DNA from: Lama guanicoe | Taxonomy: Eukaryota | Assembly (NCBI GenBank): GCA_013239625.1 | Contig: MU053934.1 | Span: forward strand, 11,937,413 to 12,001,412 | Direction: 5' to 3' | DNA: 64,000 nucleotides | In this document: one piece after another, positions 48,326-60,800 of the stretch | How the letters are laid out: every line of letters starts with the position of its first letter | Numbering within the stretch: position 1 is the first letter of the stretch | The notes under the pieces: model-generated | What the model saw: the letters and a program-made list of their open reading frames with translations, nothing else | Databases searched by the model: none | Told to the model about the DNA's origin: nothing | Position numbers and translations under genes: made by a program

Positions 48326-51300
48326 CTAGAACACGGAAAAACTCAGAGTTTAGCTGCCGAGCAGGACACACAACAGGTTCCCATCACGGAAACTAGAAAC
48401 CACAGCATCACTCCTACAAACCCCGTGCTCCACGCATCTCAGAGCTGGTGCTCGGGCCGCCAGCGCCGCCGCCCTGGCTCTGCGGGAACAGTCAGTTCCC
48501 CCTCGTCACTTCTAACTCCCGGCAGCGTCCGGCAGAGCTTCGGGAGTTCCTGCTTCCTTTGAGCCTCACCAGAGTTCATGTAGGTGTGACCAGACCCCAC
48601 AGAACCCTTTGTTCTCACAGAGGGTGGGGACGGTCCCACTTGGTCACCTCAGAGGAGGAAAGATGGAACACCCCAAGGCGGAAGCAGCTGGGGTCGGCCA
48701 CCTTCACTACAGGGACCATGATGTCCCCAAGCCTCTTGGAAGGAGAGGACGCACAGCGCTTGTGAGTGCCCAGGAGAGCAGTGCCAGCACCCAGCGCACC
48801 CAGCACGCCCACCACGTCCCCCACGCCCGTGAAGCCAGCGGGCAGCAGGCGGAGGGCAGAGCGACTCTGGGGCCGGGCCCGTGGCACCTCGGAGCAGGAC
48901 CTCTAAGGAGGCCGCAAAGGACTCGTGACTCTGAAGCACGCGGGCCACGGTGCCCGGGAAGGGGAGACGGCGAGTCCCTCCACAGGTCCTGGGGGCGGGA
49001 GGGGTCGCCGAAGGGCGGGTCAGCCCTCCCTTCCCACAAGGTGGTGTTACAAGTGTCTGCCCTGCAGTAACCGTCAAGCTGCGCACTTGCTTTACGCAGC
49101 TGCCTGACTCTGTATTCTGTGTTCAGTGTTTTCTAAGAAACAAGATATTTGGCAAGAGCACGTTGAGAGGAGGGTCCCAGGCCTCGGGCCGGCGCACCCC
49201 CAGCTCACTAGCGTGCGGGAGCACCAGGCTCTCCCCGGCTGGCCTTTCCCGCCCACAAGCACGGCAGCCAGCGCCCAAGGTCCCCGCAGACACCGCGACC
49301 TTACAACATCACACGTCAGTGAAATCTCAGTAAAGCCGTGGAGAAGACAAGAAAGGCAAAAAGTCCTGAAATGGGAAACAAGCACACACAGGAGTCTCAA
49401 CGACCAGAGGTGGGCGGGCCTTAAAGACAAGGGCCCCGGTCAGGATGAGGCAGAGCCCAGGGCGGCCCGACCGCGCTGGAAACCTTGTGATTCGCGTTCT
49501 CCGACTAGTAAACAAACAAATGGAACAGAAGTCAACTAAACCCGTGTATCGTGAAATCTGGGACGCCGGACAAACCTGTAGAAAAATATAACTTTTCAAA
49601 ACTGACGTTAAAAAAGAAAGCCTAAATACATTTATAATGATTGTTCTAGAAACCCAATCAACAGTTTAACGTTTTCCTCCCACCCACAAAAGAAAAAAGA
49701 AAAAAGAGGTTTTCAGAAGAGGTTCACGGCTGGAAGCCGAGATCAGCCCAGCCTCGTCCCGATGACCGAAAGGCGCACAAGCGGGGCGCGTCAGGCCAGA
49801 CCCCGGGCACACACGGCGCCTGGGCCCAGGTCTGTTCCAGGGGGTGGCCACGGCACAAGAGGTCCACGGACACAGCGCACGCAGCCACAGATCGGAGAGC
49901 GAACACGATCACCTCAGAAGTCGTGGGAAAGCAGGGTCCACGTGACCCGAGACCCACATGGGGGTGAGGGTCCTGTGAGACGGGCCCAGGGCCTCCATCG
50001 GGGCACACCAGGAGCTGCCCCCCGAAATCAGGACAGGACCACAATAGCCACCTTCCCTGCTCCCACGGGAGAGGCAGGAGCCAGCGTCACCCATGGGATA
50101 TAAGGACCTGGTGTGCCCCTCAGTACAGAGGGAAAACGTGATAAAGTATCTCTGGAAGGTCTTGGTGCAGACTCAGGGGCGATGCCAGCGAGAGAAAACA
50201 AGACACACCAATGCTATGGCATTTCCAAATGCCCAAGAGGGCGTGTCAAGGAGCCGGACAGAACAGCACAGCACGCAGAGAGCAGCGGGGGCCTCCCGCC
50301 GGGGAGCAGGGGCCCAGGAGTAGCGCCCTGGAAGCGCGGTTCCAACTGTCCAGGTCTCTGGGGAGAGAAATCACTCCGGAGGTTTGCTATCCACCCTGAA
50401 AAGAGAGCCACGCCTGAGGGGCCAGGACATCTGGTCTGGGGGCGACTCTCCACAGGGGGTCCGTGCCAAGGCCAAGGGGGCCTCCCGGAGCTTTGAGAAG
50501 ACCACCACGAGGCTCTCAGGAACAATTAAATACGCCGTAACAAGCACAAGCCGTGAAGTAAAATGAAGACATGGAACAAAAAGGCAACCCCCGCACGGCG
50601 CCCCAGCTGGCAGCCCTGGGTGGGGCTGGCTTTGGGAAGACAGGAGAGCGCCCACCCGCTCGGAGAAGCTCAGGGGGCCGCGGCGCGCTTCCTCGCCCTG
50701 CACACCTGATCTACACGGAGGGCCAGAAGTGCTAACTTGAAAAAACACCGTTTCTAACACTAAATTTTTTATAGAGGTTTTTATGGAGCCATGAACTTTC
50801 AACAAAACAGTAAAGTCCTAGCGAGCACTGAACGGAGCGAGCCCGTGCCAAGCCAACACGTGCGATGCGCGGCTTCCTGCGGGAGCAGGACCCCGCGGGC
50901 GGCTGGGGCCACGCCCGGGGCCGGGCGGGTGGGCAGAGGTGTGGGCACGGGGAGCGGCGTGTGTGGGGCAGACGCGGAGGACACACGGAGGAGCCGAGGA
51001 CCTGGACAGGACGCACGTGCCAACCAAGCCCGCTTCTTCTCGACAGCAAGCTCCGGGTTCTAAGGACCCTCACCCGGGATCCACACGGACGTGTTGCCGA
51101 TGAGGTAACACGACTGGGGTCTGCCCCAAAGCATCAAAGGAAGGAATGGGTGAGGCGGACGGGCCACCAGACAGGCGGGCACCCCCTTCTCAGATTTCCA
51201 AATTTAAAAAGGTTTCTAAAGGCATTAAAAACAAGAAGATAAGCTGAGAGGAAGACACAGGAGCACAAACCCCAAGGCTGCCGGCAGAGAGGGACATACC

Positions 51301-54300
51301 CGAACACCGACACCTGACACGTCCGCTGTGGACAGTGTGCCAGGAGGACGCCGGCCCTGGGCGCCACTACAGGGACCCGGGGCACTGACTCTGGGGACAG
51401 TGATGCAGCTGCACAGTGGCACCAATGCTGTGTGTGCACGTCTGTGCGACAGCACCGTGTTCAAGGTCTACGCCCAAACCCACACCAGATCGCGTGCCAA
51501 GGGCAGAACCACCAGAAAAACAGGCCCTAGCAGAACCCACACCCAATTTACAAGGAGTGGTCACTGTGACGGGGGGTGGTTAACGGAGCTAGAAGGGTCC
51601 CCAAAGTGATGTTCTTTAATGTTTTTTTGGCTATGTTTGATAAATCGATATTAGAATCCAGCTTTCTGTTCTCAAACTTCTTATATAAAGGTCATGAAAC
51701 ACAAAAAAACTGCATTACCAAGCGATCCCCACCTACATACTGGAGTGCCCGTGATGCCCCAGCCGCCACCTCTGCAGAGCAGGGTGCTAGACCCTACTCA
51801 CCGAGCCGTCAGCGCCTCTGTAGCAGACGCCGCTCACCTTCAGCGCTCGGATGCGGGTCAGGGGGGCACGAGTGAAAGCCACCCTCCAGACCCCACCGGC
51901 CCAGAATCCACCTCGCAAGGGAAGGGGTTCTATGCGCACCGGCTCCCAGGAGACCCCCTGCCCAGCCCGACGCAGGTCAGGACCACCCACACCCTCCTCG
52001 GGGCTCCGACCACACAGACAACAGCCTGGAGCCCCAAGATGCGGGGTTGGGCGTGTCCACACCTCCCAGCCAGGCCTCGCCGTCACCCACAGTCACGGCC
52101 ATCCCCACGGTCAGGTGGATAGTGACAGCCCACTGGGCTGAGCCCAGCTCCACGAGAATTCCCACCAGATGCTGGCCTCCCCGAGCCGCCCACCTCAGTG
52201 CCCAGGCCCCAGTGGGGTAGACCCTCCGCAAACCACACCTACCACCCACATGGCAGGGAAGAGGGGGTTCCTGGGGGAAAGAACTGGAGGGAGCACAGAG
52301 GCGGAGAGGGACTTCCCGCCCTCAAGGAAAGGAGGCCCCGAGACCGAGGGACAGGCCGTCTGGGCTGAAGCGAAGAGGGGCCCCTGGACCCTGGGCAGCT
52401 CCAGAAAAATCAAAAGCAGAAACCGTCTGGCGGAGGCACCAGCGACTCCCTGGCTACCAAGGAGCAGGGACACTGCCGCCTCCAGGCGGGGCCACACGGC
52501 ACCCGCGGTCCCGGGCGCACCTCCGTCAGCACGCGGACCGCTCTCTCCCGGGGCGGGATGTGGGGTCCTCTTTCAACATGCCCATCTCAGGAGACGAGAG
52601 GAGGTGTGGGGACACCCAGAGCAAAGGGGTGCCCGACCCGTTCTGACTGGAGGCGGGGAGGCTGCAGGGGAGGGTGGCCGCCTTTTGGAACCAACCGCAC
52701 TTGGGGAAACGGGAGGAACGTCAGCAAGAGGGGACTCTGGGTGAGCAGAGTCTGGGTGCAGGTTTTTCCATTTTTCCAACATTTTGTAAATCTGGAGTTA
52801 TTTCCAGGTAAAAAGGTAGAAACTGCAATAAAGATAACAGCCCAACGCAATTCCAGTCCCTGCCGGGGTCTGTGGAGGTGAGGGAGCCCCATCACAAAGC
52901 CTCCTGCCGCTTCGAAGCCCCATCGACTCCGGGTGTGACCCCAAGTGTCCATCGGAAGCTCCCCACAGGCCACGCACCTCACTCCCTGAGCTCCCGGCTC
53001 CGCAGCGTGGTTTCAGAGCTTCCTTCCCACGCAGCCGTGGGGCATCCACCTGGGAGGCCAAGCAGCGTCTCTGGTTCCCCCAGGCCCCCACCATCAGAAC
53101 TCTCACAAAATGTAACAAAGTTAACTGCCACCAACACGAAAAAAGGCTCCTCCGCACACCCGGGCCGCTCACCTGGTGTCCCTCGGAGACAGAGCTGTGG
53201 CCCTGCACTCCGTCCTCACCTGCGCCCTCACCGCCCTGAGTACTGTGCACGTGGCGGACTCCCGAGAGGACGGCCGAGCCCAGACCAACGAGGCCGGGGG
53301 GCCTGTGCCTCTGCAGAGACCCCTCCTCCCCGATACAGAGCGACGCCCAGGGTGCAGCTGGAGGGAAGGCTGGCCAGATCTGGCGCCCAGAGGAACGGGC
53401 TCACTGCTCCAAGGGCAGCGGGAGGCTCTGACTCCACGCACCCCTCTGCCCAGCTGGTCCCCGCCATCCCCTGCGAAGCAGCAGGTCCTGGGTGCAGGGC
53501 CAGAGAGCATCGGACCAGAAGAGCCGCTTCAACAGAGAGGGCTGCCCCAGCGCAGGCCCCGACGGCTCTTCTCGGAAGGGAAGGCAAAGTGGGAAGAAAA
53601 CAGAACGCTCTCTTTTCTTTACACTTGACTTTTCATATCTTTTCCGTTTCCATGTGTGGTGTTTCCAAGTCAGAAAACGACTTATTTTACTTTGAAAGCA
53701 GGTGAGGGAGGGAAGAGGCAGACAGACTTGCACGGCCCCGTGCCACCCGGACAGCCACACAGGAGCAGTTCGTCCTTGCCAGGGGACAGGACCCTCAGGG
53801 GCCGAGGGACCCCACCAAGACCCGGCCAGCCCACCCAGGGGAGCACACAGCCCCACTGACGGGCCGGGGCCACCTGGGCCTCAACAGCCCTGGACTCGGG
53901 CTGGGCCCCTCAGACTCGGAGTTCTCGGAACGGGGCCGGCAAAGCCTCACGACACCCACATCTCTGCTCCGGGCTCTGCTACCGAGACATGTGGAAAACA
54001 ACCCTGGGAGTTTAAAAGTGCTAAAAAGTTTTTAAAAATTAAACCAACATCCTCTCATATGACCTTAAAGCTACTTGGTCTCAGTTCTTTTTCCCTCGAA
54101 AACCTAACTTTGAACCACTCAAAATCACAAACGCACTTCTAGTCCCTGCCACCTCCCCAGCCTCCTTGCAACCAGCCCTCCTCTCTGCGGGGACACAGGC
54201 AGATCCTCCTCGGAGATCTCCCAGGCTTGCCTCAGCTCTAGCCGGTCCTGCACCGAAGGCCGTCCAGAGAACCCTGCTTCCTCCTGCAGGCAGCTCACCC

Positions 54301-55898
54301 GGCTTTCCCCAGCTACACAACCCCGGGGCCTCAGTCCTGAGAAAGGGGCTGCCAGGCCAGCAGCTCCTCAGGCAACAGTTCCATCCCAGCGCCTGTCCCG
54401 ATGCCACACAGGTGGTCTCACACCGGGTCGCCGACTGGCCGAGGGCAGCCGGGAGCACGGCGGGCGGTGAGGCAACTCCCAGGCTCTGGGCAACACGGAC
54501 CGCACAGCCTTCGGCCACAGTCGCTCACCCGGGTGCGTCTCTGATCTCTACGCCCAACTGAAGTCAGCGGAGGCGACAAGCTGGAGCACGCCGCCCCGCT
54601 GGCCGGCACACCGCCCTGCCGCACCACCCGTGCGCTCTAGTGTTTGGGCCCAAAGCAGAAGTTTCCTCATTCAGGCCTGGTCACCCCAGACCCGCAAATG
54701 GCTGCAGCCCCACGGGCCGGCCTGTGCCCCGCAGCCGTTGCCGGGCCAGGTGGTCACACGGGGCTGGACACAGGCAAGGGGGCACCTCAGACTGCTGGCC
54801 CTGCCACGTGTTGGATCATGGCTGGATTACTTCATTTCAGTAAAGCTGACAATTCAGTGCTCCATACAGACCCTACACTTTGAGCCACAGACAGAAATCC
54901 AAGTGAAACTGTCCTAAGAGTCAGGCTAATTCCCAAAAGGACACCCTGGTTTTAACAGAGGCTTTCCCTGGGTATGAGGGATTATGACCGCCTTTTACAG
55001 ACTCTGTCTGAATTTACTGATCCCATAATGAGTATGCACTGCTCCATAGAAACAAAAAAACTTCCTTTTGGGAAGTCACACTGCTAACTCTTAGTACAAA
55101 CTAAGGACTCACTGCCCCCGGGTTAAAGCAGTATTCTGAGTGGCAGCCCCCCGTGCCTTAGACGTGCCTTTGTCCCACGAGGCGCTCTGGGGAGCAGACG
55201 CGCGCACCTTTACCCCAGTCCTGAGGCCCTGCCTCCTCAGCACATTCTGAAGCCCCTCGGCGCGGGCCGCCTCCCCCAGGCTCCGAGCGTGTCCGGAGGC
55301 CCTGCTCCCCAGGCCATACGTGGCACCGGCTCCGGTGGGAAACTCCCAGTCACTTACCCGTATTCTGAATGAGAACGTTTTTACACCTAACAAGACAAAA
55401 GAACGAGTCGGTAGTAGAGGAACCAGCAGAGTTGGAAAAGAGTTCAGGGTGGGGAGACCCTGGGAATGGCACGCAGGAGCAGGAGCAGGAGCGAGGCGGA
55501 GCCTGACCCCTCCAGGCAGACTCGCACCCGAAGAAACCGCTCAGGAAAGCCAGAAAGGCTCCCGACGCAGCCCCATCAGTCCAGCTCCACTCCCCACCCG
55601 GCGCTGGCCTCACTCGGCCACGCTGCCTCACTTTCCAACACGTTACTTTCAAACCCCGACAAGATCCCCGAACTCTGCAGGGGGGAGCAGGGCAAGGAAC
55701 AGCACCTCATTGCGTGGAAGGTGGCAACAACTCCTGGGGTGCTGGGGGCCCAAGACCTGGCTCGTGCACCCGGGGCCAGCGTGGGCGTTAGGGACACTGC
55801 ACCCGCCCGCTCACCAACTTGGCCCTCCCACGACAGCCGCACCCCCACCAAGTGGCACCTGCATGAGCCAGGGGGTTGGGGGCCTGGCCACCTCTTAC

Positions 55899-57262
55899 CT
55901 CTGCGGGGGGATGTAGGGTGCGCACACGGGCGGCAAGGCCGCGCACGGCTCCCGAAGCACCTTCTTGGCCTTTTTCGCTTTCTTCCTGACCTTGGACGTG
56001 GACCTGACCGTTTTCAGCGAGCCCTCCTTCCGACAGACCCCGTTTTTCGTCTCAACATCCCCGTAAATGTTCAGAGGCCGGCGGGTACAGCCCGGGGGCG
56101 TGTGCGCGTCACAGTAGGCGGTCTTCCTGACAGAGAAGGTGGCGGCGCCACCCGCCAGCTCCCTCACGGGCTCCATCTTCATGTAGAGGCCGGCCCTCTG
56201 GGCGCAGGTCACGTGGAAGGCGGTGTAGCAGTTGGCCTTATGGCACTGGATGCAGGCGCCCACACCCTTCTGCTTGCAGAGGTAGCACGTCAGCTTCCAG
56301 CGCGCGGCCGGGATGTTCCGCACGCCGTCGATGGGCTCGATGAACACCGTGTTGGCGAAGCCCACCTCAGGGATCCACAGGGCGCACACCACGTGGCCCC
56401 AGCGGTCGTCGTCCGTCTTCTTGAAGGCGCCGCCCTTGTTGGGGCACAGCACGCAGTCGGCGGGCCGGGCCCGGGACTGCAGGCAGTGGCGGCAGAGCCA
56501 CTGGCCCTCGGGGATGTAGGGCACCCCGTAGCACTCCTGGTGCACGGCCAGGTTGCACATGTCGCAGAAGAGGATGGCGTTGCTGTTCTGGCACTCGCCA
56601 TCCATGCACACGCAGCACACGGCGTCCTCGTCGATCAGGCACTGCTGCCCGCCCTGCTTCTGCTTCTCGCAGTGCGAAGCCTTCTCGAAGCGGTCCATCA
56701 GGAACTCAAAGACACTCTGCGACACAGCGGCCACACAGTCGCCCCGCCGCCTCTCGTTGACGATCTCCAGCCAGGCGTAGTCCTCCTCGTCCATGTCGTA
56801 CTCCACCTCGTCGTCCAGCTCCTCGGCCGACTTCTCCACGAACTTGTAGTAGGCGGGCGGCCTCCTGGGCGCGGACGGGGGGCTGTAGTCCAGCACGCGC
56901 ACCCGGGGCTCCGGCAGCGCGCAGGCCGAGGCCGGCGTGCCGTGGGCGCCAGGCGGGGCTTCGCTCTTCCTCCTGACTCTGCTGCTCTTGTGGCGCTTGG
57001 CGCGCAGGCAGGCGGGTGGCCGCTCGCTGTTCTCCTTGTTGCTGTTGCACTCGCTCAGCTCCTGCGCCGTGAGGTCGTCCTCCAGGATGACCTCCAGGGG
57101 GTCAGAGATGCTGATCCTGTGCAGGCGCCCCTCGATCTCGATCTCCACCATCCTCTGGGCCTGCGCGTAGGTCAGGGTCTCCCGCGTGGGGCAGTGCTTG
57201 GTGCCACTCGGGGAGGAAGGGTGCCTCGCTGCAGCGCGGTGACCTCGTCCTTTCCTCCTCAT
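55899..57262 (-). CDS. BRD1: BRD1 exon 2 (first coding, 1364 nt CDS): N-terminal HAT-binding region, EPC-like domain and PZP module
   Basis: [17 protein letters not shown]...[12 protein letters not shown]...[31 protein letters not shown]...[11 protein letters not shown]...YIPPQR. Acceptor tgtttcag|GGAG (exon starts 57276); donor GAG|gtaaga. Confidence 0.97.
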
Positions 57263-59657
57263 TTGGTACTGGCTCCCTGAAACAGACACAGAGGACGCGT
57301 CAGCTCCCCGCGGGGACCCAAAGTGACAACCCCTGAGCGCGGTGAACCACAGCCAAACTCCTAGCAAGCCCATCCGTCCATGAGGTCTCCCCACCCACTG
57401 CTCCCAGGACTCAGAACAGGACTTCGGCCACCCTCCACAGGGACCCCCGGGACGGGAGGAGAGGGCAGGCTGCAACCCTCCAGAGGCACAGGCAGTGACA
57501 AGCCCTTCCCAGGACACTCCGGTTCCCACTGCCCGCCGGTCACCTTCTTAGACCCACAGGTCACAGCTGACTGCCACATCCCCACGGTTGGGGGGCTAGC
57601 CCAGAGCCCAGGAAAGCCTGCACATAGGGCCGGACTCCAGGAGGCACGGAGGGCAACTCCTAGCCAATGCTGTCACCCAGGAGCAAGCCCTGGGGCCCCG
57701 GGGCAGCACCCCTGCTGGGGCCACAGCCTCAGTCCATCCACCTTCTCATCCTCTCAGGAATGCTCCCTCCACGCCCAGGGCCAGTGGCCACACCCAGACC
57801 CAGGAGGGAAGCCCTGCACCTGCCCAGGGCCTTCACCCCAGGAGGCCCCAGCCTGACCACCATGAAGCCCCCCGCCCTCTGCCGGCCTGGCCCGGCCCTT
57901 CCTCTCGGGGCAACTTCTCAGCTGCCACCAGAGACCGCCACACCACCTGTGGTGCCCCCACTACCAGGGAGCCCACAGGCTCAGCCGCAGAGACTTATGA
58001 GAACTGGCTCTTTCCAGATGCCTGCCAGCTGTCCCCACACGGGTCTGTTTTCAGTCTCCCCCTTGTGAACCCCCGAGTCCGGACCACCGCCTGCCACGCA
58101 GAGTGGCCCCTTAGGAGCTGACTCCTAGACCCCTCCCACCAAACCACGTTTCACTGACAGGAAGCAAGTGACTGTAGGAGCCTGGCCAGCAAATGGACAT
58201 CCCGAGGGGGAGCCCCGGGCTCCAGGCTCCGGGAAGAGCCCCCCGCAAGGAAATCCCAGCAGCCCTACATGTGCTTTTTAAGACACACCCTTCAGACTGC
58301 AGCTACTTCTTTCATCAAACAGAAATCCACATTTTATCTTAAATTTTACAGGCATTCCCTATAAAGAAGAGCATGGACACCACCACTGTCGGCCAAGCCC
58401 TAACTCACCTGCATCTCAGGGGCATCTCAGGGGCCTCCCGGGGCCCACACAGCCCTGGATTCTGGGGGTGCGGTCAGCCAAGCCACCACCCAGCAGGCCC
58501 TGGCCCTGCCAGCCCTCCTGAGGGAGGTGGGTGCGCCCCTGGCTGTCAGCACCACAGCCTGCAACAGAGGGACCCTGATGCGTCCCGCCACACCTTCAGG
58601 GGTCCCTACTGGGTGAGGGAGGGTGCAAAAGCGACAGTGGCTACTCATCAGACGCAAGAGCAAACGTGGAACTTTCTCCTTGACAGCAGAGTACCAAGGA
58701 GCCCCAACTCTAACCAGCCCTTCAAAACCCACAATCTCCCAAAGGGCCTTGAGCTCTTTATGTGGCCACTTTGCACGGGAAGAACAGCACTTAACGGTCA
58801 CAGCCACTCCGTAACGTGAAAGCTTGACTGTGACAGGGAAAGTGGGCATCGGTCGCTCTGCCCAACCACCTCACCAGCCCACCACCTCCCGACACCCACA
58901 GGCGCTGTATCTGGTTCCACACTTGGCGCTTCTGCACGGGGACAAGCGTTCCCACCAGGAGGCCATCCACAGCACAAGAAGCCTCTCCAGAATCACTGTT
59001 AAAAGCAGCCCAAAAAGCCACGTGGCCACAGGAGGGGCCGACTGCACACCACACCAGCTCCCCTTCTCAAACCAGGGCATCTCCTGCCTGGCTTTGCACA
59101 GCCCCTTTAAACTCTGGTGCAGCGGGAGCAGCCCGCAGCTCGCAGACCGTGCAGGTGAGTTAGCACAGCCACTCGCGGCGGCAGAACAGGTGCAGGCCAG
59201 GTAAGAGCATCCATCCATCCACCCACTTTTAGGAGTGCGCTCCACCCTGCCACCCCTTCAGGGCGCTGGGAGTGTTGTTCACCAGGGCGCACGAACTTTT
59301 TTTATCAAAACTCCACTGCGCGTTAGCAGTGCGTGCATTTTCCATAGATTATACCTCAATCAATTTACTCCTTCAGAAAGGCCCAGGACGGACAGCCGGG
59401 TTCACCGCAGGCGTCTCAGCGCCGCGGGCGGCAGGGTGGAGCGCGGAGGCCGCCCCAGGTCTGCGCGCCCCTCTGGAGTCTTCCAAGCACGGCCCTGGAA
59501 CAGGGAGTTTCCCGTCCCGGCTCAACAAACCAAGCGTGTCCGTTACATAATGCGACCCCCCAGCAAACGCTCAGCCGGGGGACCCGAGACCCCGGCCCGC
59601 TCCCTTCTCGTTGGGCGGGAGCCGCGGCGGGAGGCACGGGCCCTGACACCCAGACAG

Positions 59658-59886
59658 CCCGGCCTCCCTGCCCGGCCTCCCGGCCTCCCCGCCTCCCGGC
59701 CCGGCCTCCCACCCGGCCTCCCTGCCTCCCCGCCTCCCGGCCCGGCCTCCCCGCCTCCCGGCCCGGCCTCCCACCCGACCCGCCGGCCTCCCCGCCTCCC
59801 GGCCCGGCCTCCCACCCGACTCCCCGGCCTCCTCGCCCGACAGCTCGGCCTCCTCGTCGGCCGGCCTCCCTTCCTCCCGGCCCCCC
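59658..59886. repeat. Degenerate GC-rich tandem repeat (CCGGCCTCCC / CCGCCTCCCGG units)
   Basis: More than 10 near-copies of ggcctccc/gcctccc running into the gap. Confidence 0.85.
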
Positions 59887-60800
59887 NNNNNNNNNNNNNN
59901 NNNNNNNNNNNNNNNNNNNNNNNNNNNNNNNNNNNNNNNNNNNNNNNNNNNNNNNNNNNNNNNNNNNNNNNNNNNNNNNNNNNNNNNNNNNNNNNNNNNN
60001 NNNNNNNNNNNNNNNNNNNNNNNNNNNNNNNNNNNNNNNNNNNNNNNNNNNNNNNNNNNNNNNNNNNNNNNNNNNNNNNNNNNNNNNNNNNNNNNNNNNN
60101 NNNNNNNNNNNNNNNNNNNNNNNNNNNNNNNNNNNNNNNNNNNNNNNNNNNNNNNNNNNNNNNNNNNNNNNNNNNNNNNNNNNNNNNNNNNNNNNNNNNN
60201 NNNNNNNNNNNNNNNNNNNNNNNNNNNNNNNNNNNNNNNNNNNNNNNNNNNNNNNNNNNNNNNNNNNNNNNNNNNNNNNNNNNNNNNNNNNNNNNNNNNN
60301 NNNNNNNNNNNNNNNNNNNNNNNNNNNNNNNNNNNNNNNNNNNNNNNNNNNNNNNNNNNNNNNNNNNNNNNNNNNNNNNNNNNNNNNNNNNNNNNNNNNN
60401 NNNNNNNNNNNNNNNNNNNNNNNNNNNNNNNNNNNNNNNNNNNNNNNNNNNNNNNNNNNNNNNNNNNNNNNNNNNNNNNNNNNNNNNNNNNNNNNNNNNN
60501 NNNNNNNNNNNNNNNNNNNNNNNNNNNNNNNNNNNNNNNNNNNNNNNNNNNNNNNNNNNNNNNNNNNNNNNNNNNNNNNNNNNNNNNNNNNNNNNNNNNN
60601 NNNNNNNNNNNNNNNNNNNNNNNNNNNNNNNNNNNNNNNNNNNNNNNNNNNNNNNNNNNNNNNNNNNNNNNNNNNNNNNNNNNNNNNNNNNNNNNNNNNN
60701 NNNNNNNNNNNNNNNNNNNNNNNNNNNNNNNNNNNNNNNNNNNNNNNNNNNNNNNNNNNNNNNNNNNNNNNNNNNNNNNNNNNNNNNNNNNNNNNNNNNN
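59887..60800. other. Assembly gap (914 N)
   Basis: Run of N. Confidence 1.

Larger units (their letters stand above)
26838..57276 (-). other. BRD1: BRD1 (bromodomain-containing protein 1 / BRPF2) gene body, from the acceptor of the first coding exon to the distal polyA signal; non-coding exon 1 probably lies near or in the gap at 59887-60800
   Basis: 12 in-phase GT-AG coding exons encode EPC-like, PHD-Zn knuckle-PHD, bromodomain and PWWP segments. Exon sum is 3561 nt (long) or 3171 nt (short), both divisible by 3 and ending in TGA. Confidence 0.97.

Noticed and set aside
55466..57280. 604-aa plus-strand ORF
   Set aside because: Antisense shadow of GC3-rich BRD1 exon 2; no recognisable domain.
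57263..57529. N-terminal extension of the 544-aa ORF upstream of MRRKGR
   Set aside because: A good splice acceptor lies at 57277-57278, so the upstream part is intronic.
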